Shown piece by piece: positions 22,819 to 34,735 of a DNA stretch of 64,000 nt. The stretch covers positions 88,226,001 to 88,290,000 of the forward strand of contig CM060731.1 of assembly GCA_030704615.1 (NCBI GenBank). Direction: 5' to 3'. Under the pieces are notes generated by a model. That model was not told the origin of the DNA. It was given only the letters and a program-made list of their open reading frames with translations, and searched no databases. Every line of letters begins with the position of its first letter. Positions within the stretch are counted from its first letter, which is position 1. This DNA comes from Takakia lepidozioides. Its lineage: Eukaryota > Plantae > Bryophyta. A program made the translations under genes and the position numbers.

Positions 22819-23583
22819 ATGAGAAAGATGTATGGCTTCATCCACCGCTGCCGTGATGAACACGTTCCACCTCCGTCGGTGGGTACGTGTGACCCAGATG
22901 CTCCATTATTGGAGGCCGGACTGCTCTTCCGCTTCGTATCATTTCCAAAATCTAAGGGCTTCGTAGCTGTCCGCAAGGTCATCGGCATCCAAGTCGTCCT
23001 CAGGTCCTCCTTTGCAAGGATGCCGTGCTTCCGGAACCGGGACGACTGCCCCTTTGGAGGCATCGATTATGCAATGTATTCGGCCACATCGGGAGACATT
23101 GTTATCTGGTACACAGATTACACAGAAGATACTGGTTCGATTGTGGAAACATTGGTGGCTTTTGAGTATATCGTAGGCCACTACGCCTTCGAGCGGGGTG
23201 ACGATCTTGGTCTGAGGAGTCCGTGGCTCCTGTGCATCCTCGATTCCGATTTTCCCAGTTACGACGGTCACCCATGCAGAAGAAGGCGCACTGCTATGCT
23301 GTTGCGGTGGAACTGCTGCCACTGGACGTGGGTGGACTCCATCGGAGAGACCTATTCTCCTCGAGGAGTGCGCTCCTCTTCTCCATTGTATGGGGACATT
23401 CGCATTGGTGTGGACGACGAAAACGTGAAGATTTCCATATTCGATGGTGGTATGATTGAAGGGCAGGACATTGTGGTGAACATCACTAGGGGCGGTACAA
23501 CGGCTGCAATCGACTTTACATGGAGGAGCCCCATGACTCATGAGCTAGTTCTGAGAGCAGTCGAAGTCCCATTGACAACGTGA
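22819..23583 (+). CDS. Gene Y, unknown function (~250 aa), paralogue of gene X
   Basis: Open frame. Shares RMPCxRNxxDCP, DYAM, SGDI, Y.FERG, PW.L.I.D.D.P, RWNCC.WT, P.YGDIR, DGG.I.G.DIVV and ELVLR..EVP with X. A second copy lies at 58529-59299. Confidence 0.75.
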   Translation: MRKMYGFIHRCRDEHVPPPSVGTCDPDAPLLEAGLLFRFVSFPKSKGFVAVRKVIGIQVVLRSSFARMPCFRNRDDCPFGGIDYAMYSATSGDIVIWYTDYTEDTGSIVETLVAFEYIVGHYAFERGDDLGLRSPWLLCILDSDFPSYDGHPCRRRRTAMLLRWNCCHWTWVDSIGETYSPRGVRSSSPLYGDIRIGVDDENVKISIFDGGMIEGQDIVVNITRGGTTAAIDFTWRSPMTHELVLRAVEVPLTT

Positions 23584-23914
23584 CTTGTATTCAGTAGGCA
23601 CAGGGCTCAAGATTTGATGGCACAATCAGCACAGTAGACGTGCTTCAAATGCAATTCATGTGGATCAATAAAAACCTCATTGTGCCCTCTTTTTATTCTA
23701 TTCTGTGTCCATCGTTCCGAGAATGCGTCATTGCTCATTTCGTTTGGGATTGGGAGTGTGGGTGAATTTTGCAAATGGCTGGTAGGCTGAAATGGGCCCC
23801 CATTGTACAGAGCAGTACCACCCTACCATTCGCGAAACATTGCCTTTCAATATATAATTCTAAATAACATTGCCGAACCTCCTTCATCGGGAGGTCCTTC
23901 TCCCCCTATGACCG

Positions 23915-24046
23915 TGGCACCCTAAACCCTATTCCCGCGGACACTCATTTCCGGAAAATAGTGCTGCTCATGTTTTTTTCCACACTTACGACTCTGCTCA
24001 TGGCTCATGCCGCTCATGGCTCATGGCTCATGAAATAGCAGCCCCC
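23915..24046 (+). repeat. Element terminus type A
   Basis: CCCTAAACCCTATTCCCGCGG...(GCTCATG)n..GAAATAGCAGCCCCC; near-identical to 59631-59762. Confidence 0.85.
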
Positions 24047-24073
24047 CCTCTCAAAAAGCCGTGTCCTCACGGT

Positions 24074-26614
24074 TTACTGATTGGGATTAGCAAACCTTTG
24101 TGAGCGAGCACCTTTCTGACGTTGAGAGTTTCGTGGCGGACTGTGTGTACGAGCCCGAGGTCTGTCACTGGTTGACGGAGATGATTGAACACTACCTGGA
24201 TATGTGAGGCCCTCTGGAGGCTGATATCGAGGTAACCTTTCAGGCATAGGAGACCCCCGTCGCTTCTTCTCTGCCATCTGAATTGCATAGTCTTCTCCCA
24301 TGTCAAAAGAGTCCGCTGAAGAAACAGTTGTATCAGAATCCTCATTGCCTCTCGGGTGTTTTAATTGTCGAACTTTTTGTGGAATCCTGTAGGGCATACA
24401 ATGTTGTCCTACCATGTCTGGAAGTTTATATTTTAAAACTTGGTATAAACGCTGAACTGCAAAATTGGTGAAGACACTGAGCTCCTTGTCTGTCCAGGTG
24501 AGTGGGGTACCAATGACTTGTGACTTGTTCAAGTATTTCCATGCCACATGTGCCTTATAGAAAATATCATCAATGCCGAATTTTTGTGTTGACAAATTGT
24601 TCCAGGCTGCCTGAAACCATGAACGAATTTGAGAATCGTTTTGCATCATAACTTTTGGCTCATATAGGTACATATGAGGTGGCACTGAAGGTAAGACCCA
24701 ATGATCCCCACTGGAATAACTCAGAAAGCGCGCTTGCATCTTTTGCTGCTCAATGTGATAACATACCAGAAAACAAGCAGCGTAGTATAATCCACATCCC
24801 ATGACAATACTCGCTACCTCCTTGGTCCTGGTATAAATGAATCCATGTACAACTTGGAAGGCAATTAATTCCCTCAACATTGTACCTGCCTCATGCCAAT
24901 ATTGTGCAAAGTGATGATCTTCAATTGGTCGATTGTTCGGAAGAACTTTTGTCCTAGTTGCCACTGGCAGCCAAATGCGCATGATTTGGTAGTAATGTGC
25001 AAATGACTGCGGAGGACTAAATTCTTTCCAAGCCAAATCTAACATGATGGGAATTTGGTTGAAGGGCAGAATCATAGCTCTACTGTACTCCCTTGCAGGT
25101 GGAGTTTTAGGTGGGTTAAAAGCAGCATTGCCCCATACCTCAGGCTGTGGTGGCTGTGGTGTGGCTGTAGTAACAACAGGGTCAGCTACTGGCACAGTGA
25201 CTTGTTGTGGTGTTGGTGGCACTGGCTCTTGTATCATTGGCATCTCCTGCACCTCCTGTGAAGAAGACTGAAAAGCCAAAGTTCTGGCTTGTAAATAAGA
25301 AGCCATTAGCTGTTCCTTAGGTACACAGACTCTGTTGTCGATATTTGAATTGAGGTCCTCCACTTGAGTCTGCAGGCCGTCTACATCCTCCTGTAACTCC
25401 GCTATCCTACTATAGATATTGTCTATAGTAGTTGTGGCAATGTTTTGCACTTGCAGTCTGAGCTCATTCATCTCGCTTTGGGTGAGCTTTCGTGGTGCTT
25501 TGCCCTCCACTGGCCCTTGTGCTAACCAGACCTGCATAAGGTGGTTATCCACCAAGTTGCTTGTGGTTCCTCTGAGAGTGTGCTCTTCTCTGAGTTTGTA
25601 CACATCTAACTGCTGTTGTAAAGCCTCCATGCGCTTCGCATGAGGTTCAACCAAATTTGCATAGGCAGCAAGCAGATTATTGGCTTCCTTCCAAGCTCTG
25701 TTAGCGACCGAGATTTCATTTCTTTTGGCCATGACTGTTTGTTGCAACTCCAGGATGTGCCTCTCTTGGTCAGCTTCAACCTGCCTGTATTGCTTGAAAG
25801 TATCCTCATTGCGACAGATTGTATTCTTCATATCGACAATGAGTTTCATTTGCTCAAAATTCTCTTCCTCTGCCTTCGTACATTTTTCCGCTTGACTGTT
25901 TATTTCTTTTGTAGATTGGTCAAGCATAGTTGTGAGTGTAGCACATTGTATGGCCATCTTGTCATGCACTGTCTGCAACTCCATATGTAGTGCATTCACT
26001 TCTTGCAATTTGCTTTCATGCTTCACCTGCATTTGGTATAGCTGTTGCTTATGTTTTTCGTGCAAGTGGTCTTGTGCGAGGCCTGCCTCAATCAATTGTT
26101 CCTTGGCCAATTGCAAAGCCGCTTCTGTACTCTCCAAGTCTTGCTGCATTTTGAGAGTGACCTCTTCATCGACCTTGTTTGCACACTCTGTGGCAAGTCG
26201 AGCCTCAAACTCTTTCCTGAGTTCCTCCCTCAAAGCTGCCAATTGAGTAGTGGGAACATGGGATTTGACATAAGTACCCAACAAATTCAGTGTCCTGCTT
26301 ATGGAACTCATAAGCATAGCCTGTTGAGGGTCATCTTGGTGAGCTTGCTGCTGTTCTCCCTGATCCTCAACAGTGTGATGCCTTACGAACCATTCAGGCC
26401 ATTGCCCCACCAGATTTTCTTCCTGAACCACTTCATCCGTCACCGGTGTTGCAGTGTCTTGACATTCTACCTGTGGTACCTCCGTCACAGGTGTGTGTAT
26501 TATATGCATCGCAGGGTTTCCCCTGGACAATTGTTGCACCTCCGGAATCACTATGTCCTTGACCATACCAGAATATTCATAGAGAATGTCCCCCTTCTCA
26601 ATTTCTGCCACCAC
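24074..26614 (-). CDS. Gypsy accessory ORF, long coiled-coil region plus C-terminal globular domain
   Basis: 846-aa ORF with a Q/E/L/K-rich heptad-like middle, lying between integrase and the PPT. Confidence 0.7.
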   Translation of the reverse strand: MVAEIEKGDILYEYSGMVKDIVIPEVQQLSRGNPAMHIIHTPVTEVPQVECQDTATPVTDEVVQEENLVGQWPEWFVRHHTVEDQGEQQQAHQDDPQQAMLMSSISRTLNLLGTYVKSHVPTTQLAALREELRKEFEARLATECANKVDEEVTLKMQQDLESTEAALQLAKEQLIEAGLAQDHLHEKHKQQLYQMQVKHESKLQEVNALHMELQTVHDKMAIQCATLTTMLDQSTKEINSQAEKCTKAEEENFEQMKLIVDMKNTICRNEDTFKQYRQVEADQERHILELQQTVMAKRNEISVANRAWKEANNLLAAYANLVEPHAKRMEALQQQLDVYKLREEHTLRGTTSNLVDNHLMQVWLAQGPVEGKAPRKLTQSEMNELRLQVQNIATTTIDNIYSRIAELQEDVDGLQTQVEDLNSNIDNRVCVPKEQLMASYLQARTLAFQSSSQEVQEMPMIQEPVPPTPQQVTVPVADPVVTTATPQPPQPEVWGNAAFNPPKTPPAREYSRAMILPFNQIPIMLDLAWKEFSPPQSFAHYYQIMRIWLPVATRTKVLPNNRPIEDHHFAQYWHEAGTMLRELIAFQVVHGFIYTRTKEVASIVMGCGLYYAACFLVCYHIEQQKMQARFLSYSSGDHWVLPSVPPHMYLYEPKVMMQNDSQIRSWFQAAWNNLSTQKFGIDDIFYKAHVAWKYLNKSQVIGTPLTWTDKELSVFTNFAVQRLYQVLKYKLPDMVGQHCMPYRIPQKVRQLKHPRGNEDSDTTVSSADSFDMGEDYAIQMAEKKRRGSPMPERLPRYQPPEGLTYPGSVQSSPSTSDRPRARTHSPPRNSQRQKGARSQRFANPNQ

Positions 26615-26639
26615 CTGTTCTGTAGTGGGAATATCTAAC

Positions 26640-27640
26640 CCTTCTTTTTCTAAATCAATTATTTCTGGTTGAACTGCATGGACAACTTGTGGTAACCCTG
26701 TGACAAGCCGATCCTCTGGCTGTGATGGCTGTGATACTGAAGTAACTTCCTCTTCCCTCTCTGAAGGTCCTGCTTCCAGTAATAGCAGTTCTCTGTGTTG
26801 TTATGCCCCTTCCTGCACAAAAACTTGGGAAACATTATCATGCGGATTCCGTGAAGCCAGTGGATCCGCCACTACAGTCTTTCCCCGCCTCTGTCTCTTA
26901 TTCTCGGGTTGCCCTGCCAGTCCACCCTCACTGTGTGAAGAGTCTTGCTCTTCCATTGCAGTGGTTTCTGGCTCAAACACTCCCATCTCCTTTCTTTCTC
27001 GCGCATCAAGCATGCCAGAATCAAGAATTATTTGAGCAATGATTGGGCCAGACACTATGATAGGAGACTTTGCGGCAGTACCCTGTAATCTTTTCATCTC
27101 CTCTACCAGTGCGTTGTACATTATGTCCGCCCATTCTACCTCTTCTCCTCTGAGGGCTTTGAGTATTTCCTCTGTGAAGGATCTGCTCAAATACTGTTGG
27201 TTCTGTTTCATGGCAAACAGAACGTTCAATACCTGGCCTACCTCCTTTAGCCCTGGGTACACGGCCTTGGTACAAGCATAACCCTGAGTTTTAAAGAAAC
27301 TCCCTTCTTGGAATAAGTCCCCTATTTGCAGTCTTGCCCTGTGCTCCTCCACATGCACCTGACCTGCTGGCAATCGAAACAATTGTTGTAGGTATAGGGG
27401 AGTAATTACTAATTCAACTCCCTTCACCGTTGTTGCTCCTGTCCTTGGCTCAAAGTTTTGCAAGAATTGTAACATGTACTGTCTATGGTGCAATGTCCAA
27501 TCTTTGCTTTGCAATCCTTGCAATCGCAGCTCCTTCAGTAACTGTACCGCCTGTGGAGTAGCAATTGTTTGTTTCTGCAGGATTGTGGTGCTCTTCACCC
27601 TGATTTCCTCCATTCCTCTCACTCTCTTCATTCTAGACCC
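26640..27640 (-). pseudogene. Gypsy accessory ORF, N-terminal part (probably once continuous with 24074-26614)
   Basis: DWTLHHRQYMLQFLQNF..ITPLYLQQLFRLP aligns with DWNLKHNELCREFLENY..LTERYLAEVFHLP in the second Gypsy (62319-63371). Confidence 0.6.
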
Positions 27641-28299
27641 ACAGAAATGTTTTGGCTGTAACAATTGAAGAAATGCCTGCAGGGCACAAAGCATAAACGT
27701 ATGGTTGCCACAAAAACCTATGGGTAATTTCTTGTAAGCCTGCGGGGCTTGCAAGCATCGCTCAAGAGAAAAGATCTGCTCTGTTCTTTCGTCCGTATAG
27801 TCTGTTAGTTCCTCCATAGCTTCAAAGCTATAGCATTGATGGTTTGTCCCGTCGAGACGCCCGTTACTGACTCTTGCGCTTAATTTCCCTCCAATTTCTT
27901 GATCCCTTCTCTGGCTTTCTATTGGCTGTAACCGCTGTGACTGGATTTTAGATTTAATTTTCTTTAGTGGACTTTCCCTGCTGGACTGTCCACTAGGATA
28001 ACACATGTGACAAGAGTTTCGCTTTTCTGTACTTGCCGTTTGTTCTGTTGCCCCTTTTCTGTATTCATTAATGCGCCCGCCATTCATCCAATTTGACGCG
28101 CTGATTAGGTATTTTGACGGCCATTCTTGTCCTCTTTCTTGATGACATCCGTTCTTGCACTTCCTTCTCAGCTGTGTGTTGCGCCCTGACTTCCACGTGT
28201 CCCTTTCTAAACTGGCTTCCGTCCTTTCTTCCGCCGGCCATTTCACTGAAGTTATCCTGCGTCCACCTGTCACTGATTCTATGGATTGTGTAACCCTAG

Positions 28300-28575
28300 T
28301 AGGCTGTGTTAAGCTGTGACAGGCTGTGTCATACTGTGGTATGCCGTGATAGGCTGTGATACACTGTGGTAAGCTGTGATAGGCTGTGATGCACTGTGGT
28401 AAGCTGTGATAGGCTGTGACACGCTGTGGTAGGTCGTGATAGGCTGTGTTGCGTCGTGCTAGGCTGTGATATGCTGTGTCGCGCCGTGATGGGCTGTGAT
28501 AGGCTGTGTCGCGCCTTGATGGGCTGTGATAGGCTGTGTCTCGTCGTGATGGGCTGTGATAGGCTGTGTCACGCT
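28300..28575. repeat. 30-bp minisatellite (GCTGTGATAGGCTGTG core) downstream of integrase
   Basis: Translates to repeated DTAYHSPSRR; GCTGTGAT recurs every 30 bp. Confidence 0.85.
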
Positions 28576-28699
28576 TGTTCTGCTCGCCCTGGTCATATAT
28601 GCTCGGCCTAGCGACAAGTGCTCCATACTCCGTTGGTAATACTGGCGCAGCCCGTGACTGTTTTTGCGTTTGAACATGCAAATCGTGCTGCAATGGTTT

Positions 28700-31600
28700 G
28701 TCATGGATACCACTGTACCCCTTCAACTTATTAGCATTGACTCTTCCCAGCATCTCTTTGTTAATGGTTTGTAACATGGCGGTGTTGTTATCATACATCT
28801 TTTGTATGGCATAAGGTCCTTTCCATGGTGATTTAAGCTTAGAAGCTTTAATCTTTCATTTCTTCTACAACTATAGAACCAAATCTCCCGTCTTAAAAGT
28901 TTTTAACTTGCCTTCATCAAACTGTTCCTTCCTCTTCATCTGAATTCTGGTCATATTATCAGCTGCATCAGCACGTACTTCTTCCACATGGTATAATTCA
29001 TGTTTCCTGACTTTAATGGAATCTTGCAATTCCATTCTCTTTCCCCATTCCGTTCTCATGGTAGGTAACAGGAATTCCACTGGAAGTAAAGCTTCCATAC
29101 CATAAACTAATTGGAATGGTGTATACTTAGTGGTGACTTTATATGAAGTCATGTATGACCACAAAGCTGTCAGCAGCTTTGTATCCCAATCCGTTCTGTT
29201 TGCATTGACTATCTTAGTCAAGATAGTACATAGTATTTTGTTGGTAGCCTCTGCCTGCCCATTACCCTGTGGGTAATATGTTGTACTCTTCCTATGCACA
29301 ATCATGAACTCTTTAGTCAACAATTCAATGGTTTCATTAATGAAGTGACTTCCCTGATCACTGATAAATTCCAAGGGACAGCCAAATTGTGTAAGTATGT
29401 TCTCATATAGAAACCTTGCTGTGGACTTGGCTGTGTTGTCCCTCAAAGCTTTAGCTTCCACCCACTTTGTAGTATAATCAGTGGTTGTAATTATGTACCT
29501 GTTCTGTGTATTCTTGGCTGGTGGGTTAATTGGTCCAACAAAATCTAGTCCCCATTTCTGAAATGGTTCCGTAGGCATTGTAGGATGCAAAGACATTTTC
29601 CCAGATCTCTGCAAAGGTCCCAGCCTCTGACATTCATCACAACTCTGACAATACTTGTGTACATCTTTGAACAAAGTAGGCCACCAGTAACCTGCATGTA
29701 GTATTTTCCTGCTGGTAGTCTCTTCTCCAAAATGACCTCATGCCACTTCTTTATGAACTTCCTCCAAAACTTTATTAACTTCATGGTGGTATAAGCATCG
29801 CTTCAGCACTCCATCTGGTCCTAGCTTATACATTCTGCTCCCTACCATAGTGTAAGGTAGAGCCTTGATAGCAATTCTCTTTCTCTGCTCCTTTCCATAA
29901 CTTGGTGGGCACTGACCATGAGCAAGGTAGTATCTGATTGGCCACTGCCAATCTAACCAGTCATCTGCACTTCCCTGCACCTCCACTGCAAATAGACTCG
30001 CATATGGTAATTGATCATCTACTCCTGTGGCTGGTTCTCCTGTTGATAACCGTGACAAGTGATCCGCCACAAGATGCAGTCTCCCAGGCTTGTAAACAAC
30101 CTCAAACTCAAACTCGTGCAAGATTATCAACCATCTTGCTATTCTTCCGCTTATCAGAGGTTTATTTACCAGGTATATCAGAGCCTGATGATCCACATAG
30201 AACATAAACTTCTTGCCCAACAGGTAATGCCTGAATTTCTTCACTGCATAGATCATTGCCAATGCTTCTCTTTCCGTTGTGCTATAATTTCTTTCGGCAT
30301 TGTTCATCAATCGGCTAGCATAGTACACAGGTGAATCTATCCTTCCTGTTACATTTTGGGCTAACACTGCTCCTAGTGCTTCTCCAGAAGCATCACAGTG
30401 AACATGAAATATTTCCTGCCAGTGAGGACTAATCAGCACAGGTGTAGTTATTACTGACAATGTAAGTTCCTCAAAAGCCTGTTGACATTCAGGTGTCCAT
30501 GCAAACACTGCATCTTTCTTCAGAAGTTTGCTCAATGGTGCTGCTATCTGTGCATACCGTCTGACAAATCTTCTGTAATAGCTGGTTTGTCCAAGGAATC
30601 TCCTTAGACTCTTAACATTCACTGGTGGTGGAGAGGCTTTAATGGCCTCTGTTTTCCTGGGATCCACAAGAAGTCCCCTCTTACACACAATGTGTCCCAG
30701 AAGCACCCCTGAGCTCACACAGAAAGTACACTTCTCTGGATTCAGGCCCAGACCTCTCATCCTGCATCTGGCCAGACATAACTCCAATTTATGTAAGTGC
30801 TCATTCTTAGAGCTGTACACACTAAAATCATCCAAGAATGCCTGCATGAAATCATCCAGATACTCATGAAAAGATTCACTTATCACTCTCTGAAAGGTCG
30901 CTGGTGCATTACAAAGTCCAAAGGGCATGACTTTGTATGCATAAGCACCCCAGTCTGTGATGAAAGCTGTTTTTCCTTGGTCTTCTTCTGCTACTTGCAC
31001 TTGATTATAACCACTGAAGCCATCCATGAATGAGTACATCTCATGGCCTGCCACAGTGTCTAATACTGCTTCTGTGAATGACAAAGGGAAAGGATATTTC
31101 TTCGTACAAGCATTCAGCTTCTTGTAGTTCACACAAACTCTTAGTTTACCATTCTTCTTGGGAACTATCACAATGGGTGACAACCAAGTTGTATACTCTA
31201 TTGGGTATATAAACTTAGCCTCAGCCAACTTCTTGATCTCTTCTCCAACCTTCTGTGCGTAGTTGGGATTCATTCTGTACCTTGCCTGCTTGATTGGTAC
31301 TGACCCCGGTTCCAATTCAATCTTATGCTGACAGATTTCAGGTGGTATCCCTTTTAAATCCTCATAGCTCCAAGCAAATACATCTCTGTATTTGATGAAC
31401 AAACTCTTAGCTTCTTCAAAGAATTCTGGCTCCAAATCAGCTCCTACCTTCACCATCCTTGGTTCCTCTTTAGTTCCCACATTCACTTCCCTCACTTGCT
31501 CATCAGTTGTGATTGTCCAACCAGTCACCACTTCATCCTGTAAACTCACAGTAGCTGGTTCCTCTAGGATTTCCATTTTTCCTTCTTTTTCTTCATAGAA

Positions 31601-32425
31601 ATGTGATGGGTAACTGCTGGTTTCCTCTTCAAACGGTGTTGTTGACACTACACCACAGCAGATACCCCTTAAACAACTTAGGCCTTCCAGCCGCATCTCT
31701 GCAACCTGCTCCCACTCTGGGTGTGCAGCAAATAGGGTAGCTTCCTGCTCCTCATCCAGTCCTCCTCTCCAGTCATACTCTCTGACTCCTCGAGGTCTTC
31801 TTGTAGTAGGTAATCTACTAGATTTCTTTGTGGTAATTTGTATCTCGTGTATCCCATTATGCACGATTAGTAACTGAGAATTCCAGTCATGGAATACCTT
31901 GGTCTGTTTCAGCCACGGACGTCCCAATAATAAGGAGTAAGCCTCCATGACTTCATCCATCTTCAACACAGTTACTGTGATCATAAAGATCATCTTCTGT
32001 ATCTGTATCTTAACTCCTCTTATTAATCCCAATGGCTGTACACTTCTTTGATCTACCATTGTTACTGTAAATGGGGCTGGTTTCATGTTACTTAGACCAA
32101 GCTTCTTTCTTAATTGGTCTGTCATGATATTTACTCCAGAACCTCCATCTATCAGTACATCAGTTAGTTCTGTGCTTCCAATTCTCAATTGGATTACTGG
32201 CATAGAATCATCAAAGTCCATGACTGTTTCTCGCCCTTCCGGCTTCACATTATAACTGGTCACCTTGCTGTTCAGGTCTGTGTTTCCTGTCTCCTGGGCA
32301 ATTCGATTGATTGCTTGATACAACCTGTGCCTACAATAAGGTGCCACAGTCAATAGCTGTCCAATGGTAATCTCTGCTTTGGTCTGGCATATTACTTCAG
32401 CCAAAGTCTCTTCATTACTTTGCAT
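28700..32425 (-). pseudogene. pol: Gypsy pol (protease, RT, RNase H, integrase), with nonsense codons
   Basis: LIDGGSGVNI; MDGFSGYNQ..MPFGLCNAPATFQR..FLDD; VHCDAS..YSTTEREALA; CQSCDEC..WGLDFVGP..ISDQGSHF..NGQAE; PWKGPY. Stops at 29738 and 28871. Confidence 0.95.
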
Positions 32426-34409
32426 GTCTGCATTTTTTTCTTCCTTTCATCCTCACTCACTTCTTCTTCTCCATCAGAATCAGAGGAATCTGCCACAGGA
32501 ATATCAGTACTCTTTTGCATTTCCCTTATGGTATCTGCCACTTCCTTGTGCAGTTCCTTCTCATCTCTCCAAGCCTCATCATCTTCACGCATATCACTGC
32601 CACCTTCATTATCATCCTCTTCGTCTACTACTGGAGGTATTAGTTTGGCTTTACTTCTTGTTACTATCATTGTACTTACTTCTGGTACAACACATGGCCT
32701 AACCATGTGAGCTGCCACCACTGGGCCCTCATTCACAGGAGCTCTCATCTCATTCTGGTGTCTAATCCAGAATGAACAGGCTGCCTTGCGATGTCCTGGC
32801 TGATTACAATAGTAACATAGTTCTTCACCATTGGGTCCTCGCCCTTGGTCTGCTCTTGGATTATTTCTGTAATCCTGATTCCCGGGCTGGTAATTCCCCT
32901 TGGATTACCCTGATAGTTGCCTCTGGAATTTCCTTGGTAATTCCCTCTTGAATTACCTCTCCCTTCCATGCCATTGTTATAACCACAAGACCTACCATAG
33001 TGGTCCTGATCATTGTTTCTTCCTGGCTGGGGCTGCACCTGATGCACCCTTACTTGCCTAGGTTCTCTTGCAACTGTCCTTCTGTTGTAGTAACAATTCT
33101 CAGTAGAATGGTTATCCATTTTACTGATAGTACAGTGTTTCTCCTTCATGTGGCATTTTGTGATGGTATGGCCTTAATTCTGGCACTTTGCACACCATAC
33201 ACCCTTCCTCCAATGTGTTGCAGCCTCTGTGGCATACTTCTTCAAGATTTCTTCCAATCTTTTCTCATAGTTATCCCTCTTCAACTTCTCCTTTCTCTTA
33301 CTCTTCCTTTTTAGTTCTTGCTCTTCTTCTTCATCTGACTCATCCTCAGAGTCCTCATCATCCCTTTTCTCTCTCCTGAGCATTCCCAATTGCTCAATTA
33401 TGTTTGCAGTTTCAAATGCCTCTTCCACTGTATTATGGGGTAACATATCCACTTTCTTTTGCAACTCTGGTCTTAGTCCACTCACAAACCAAGTGTTCTG
33501 TAAACCTGGTGCTGGTACTGCAGCCAGCTTTTTCATCATCAATTCCATATTTTCCATATACTCCTCAACAGTTTCATGCTTCTTTTGCTTCAACTGTTGT
33601 AAACTTCCATACACTTCATCCTCAGTTTTACTTGTCCTGAACCTATTTCGGAATGCTGTATTCAAGCCATTCCAGGTTAGGAAATGATTATCAGGGAATC
33701 TTGCATACCATTCACTTGCTTTCTTGATAAGTGAACAAGGAAACAATCTCATCTTGGCATCATCGCCATTCTCATTGTTCACTATACACATGTGCTCAAA
33801 TTGGCTAATGTGTACATCGGGATCCCCTTTTCCTGAATATATTGGAAAAGGTGGTTTTGCCCGTGTTGGTTGTAACGCCATCTGTGGCCCTACCTTCTGC
33901 CCACTGACAGGTGCTGGCACCCTTGCTGGTGCTGGTCCTTCTGGACCTGTTGTTGTTGTGGTGGATCTTCCACCAAGTGGTGGCCCTTGAGCACTCCCTG
34001 CTTCTGGCCCCACGATATTCACAGTATTCCCAGCTTCAGTTGCACTACTTCCCACACTCCCTATCCCCCCAGAGCCAGATCCAGGCAGCCCGCCTGATCC
34101 CCCTGAGCCGACACCTCCGTTGGCCTGTGATCCAAGTGCTCCACTTGATCCAGGTCCAACGGGTTGGGATGTCCTGGTTGTAGTCTCAACCTCAGCTGTT
34201 GGGTCTATTTCTTCATATTCTTCCTCTTCCAATTTCTTCTCTCTGTTTTCATCCTCCAAGTTCTGCCCTTGGGTTTCTTCTTCACTCATGTAACTCAACT
34301 GCAATGGTGTTGGAGAGTCTGAACTCTCCGTTGGCTCTGCCACATCCTCTCCTCCTTCTCCACCTTCCGCTTCAGAAACTGGAGTTCCTGCTTTGGTGTT
34401 CCATGCCAA
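32392..34409 (-). pseudogene. gag: Gypsy gag with Zn knuckles, broken by a stop and frameshifts
   Basis: YSGKGDPDVHISQFE..RLFPCSLIKKASEWY..TWNGLNTAFRNRF (retrotransposon gag); CAKCQN*GH...C knuckle. Confidence 0.85.
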
Positions 34410-34735
34410 CTCTTATCAAAGATTTCTGTCAAATCTTTTATCCAGGGATGTACCTCAGATCTTTCACCTCGTGATTGATCTTCTTTCCATACCAATTCCC
34501 TTAATCTTTCTTGCAAAGAAACAGAAGGAGTGGCATCCAACTCTAGTTCTTCCGGTATGGGTGATGTACTCTCTGATCTTAATGGTGTGAGAGGTCCAGA
34601 TGATTCCCCTATGTCTATTCCTCTCTCCCAAAGATATGGATAATTAGCTTTCAGATAGCTTTCTCTTTTTGCTGAATATCTCTGGCGTCTAGCTTCTCTT
34701 TCATCACTCATGTCCCATGTCTTTCATTTTTTTTT

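Larger units (their letters stand above)
13274..24046 (-). mobile_element. MULE-like transposon, subfamily 2, copy beta (best preserved): transposase 5' end - palindrome array - ParB-MTase - X - Y - end A
   Basis: Gene order read directly from the sequence. The right boundary is end A, inserted at the Gypsy polypurine tract. Confidence 0.75.

Noticed and set aside
23990-24046. Helitron 3' end
   Set aside because: There is no CTRR terminus with a subterminal hairpin and no Rep/helicase. The motif occurs on both sides of a DDE transposase, so it behaves as a TIR.
24074-26614. env gene of an endogenous retrovirus
   Set aside because: No signal peptide or convincing transmembrane helix is visible; left as an accessory ORF.
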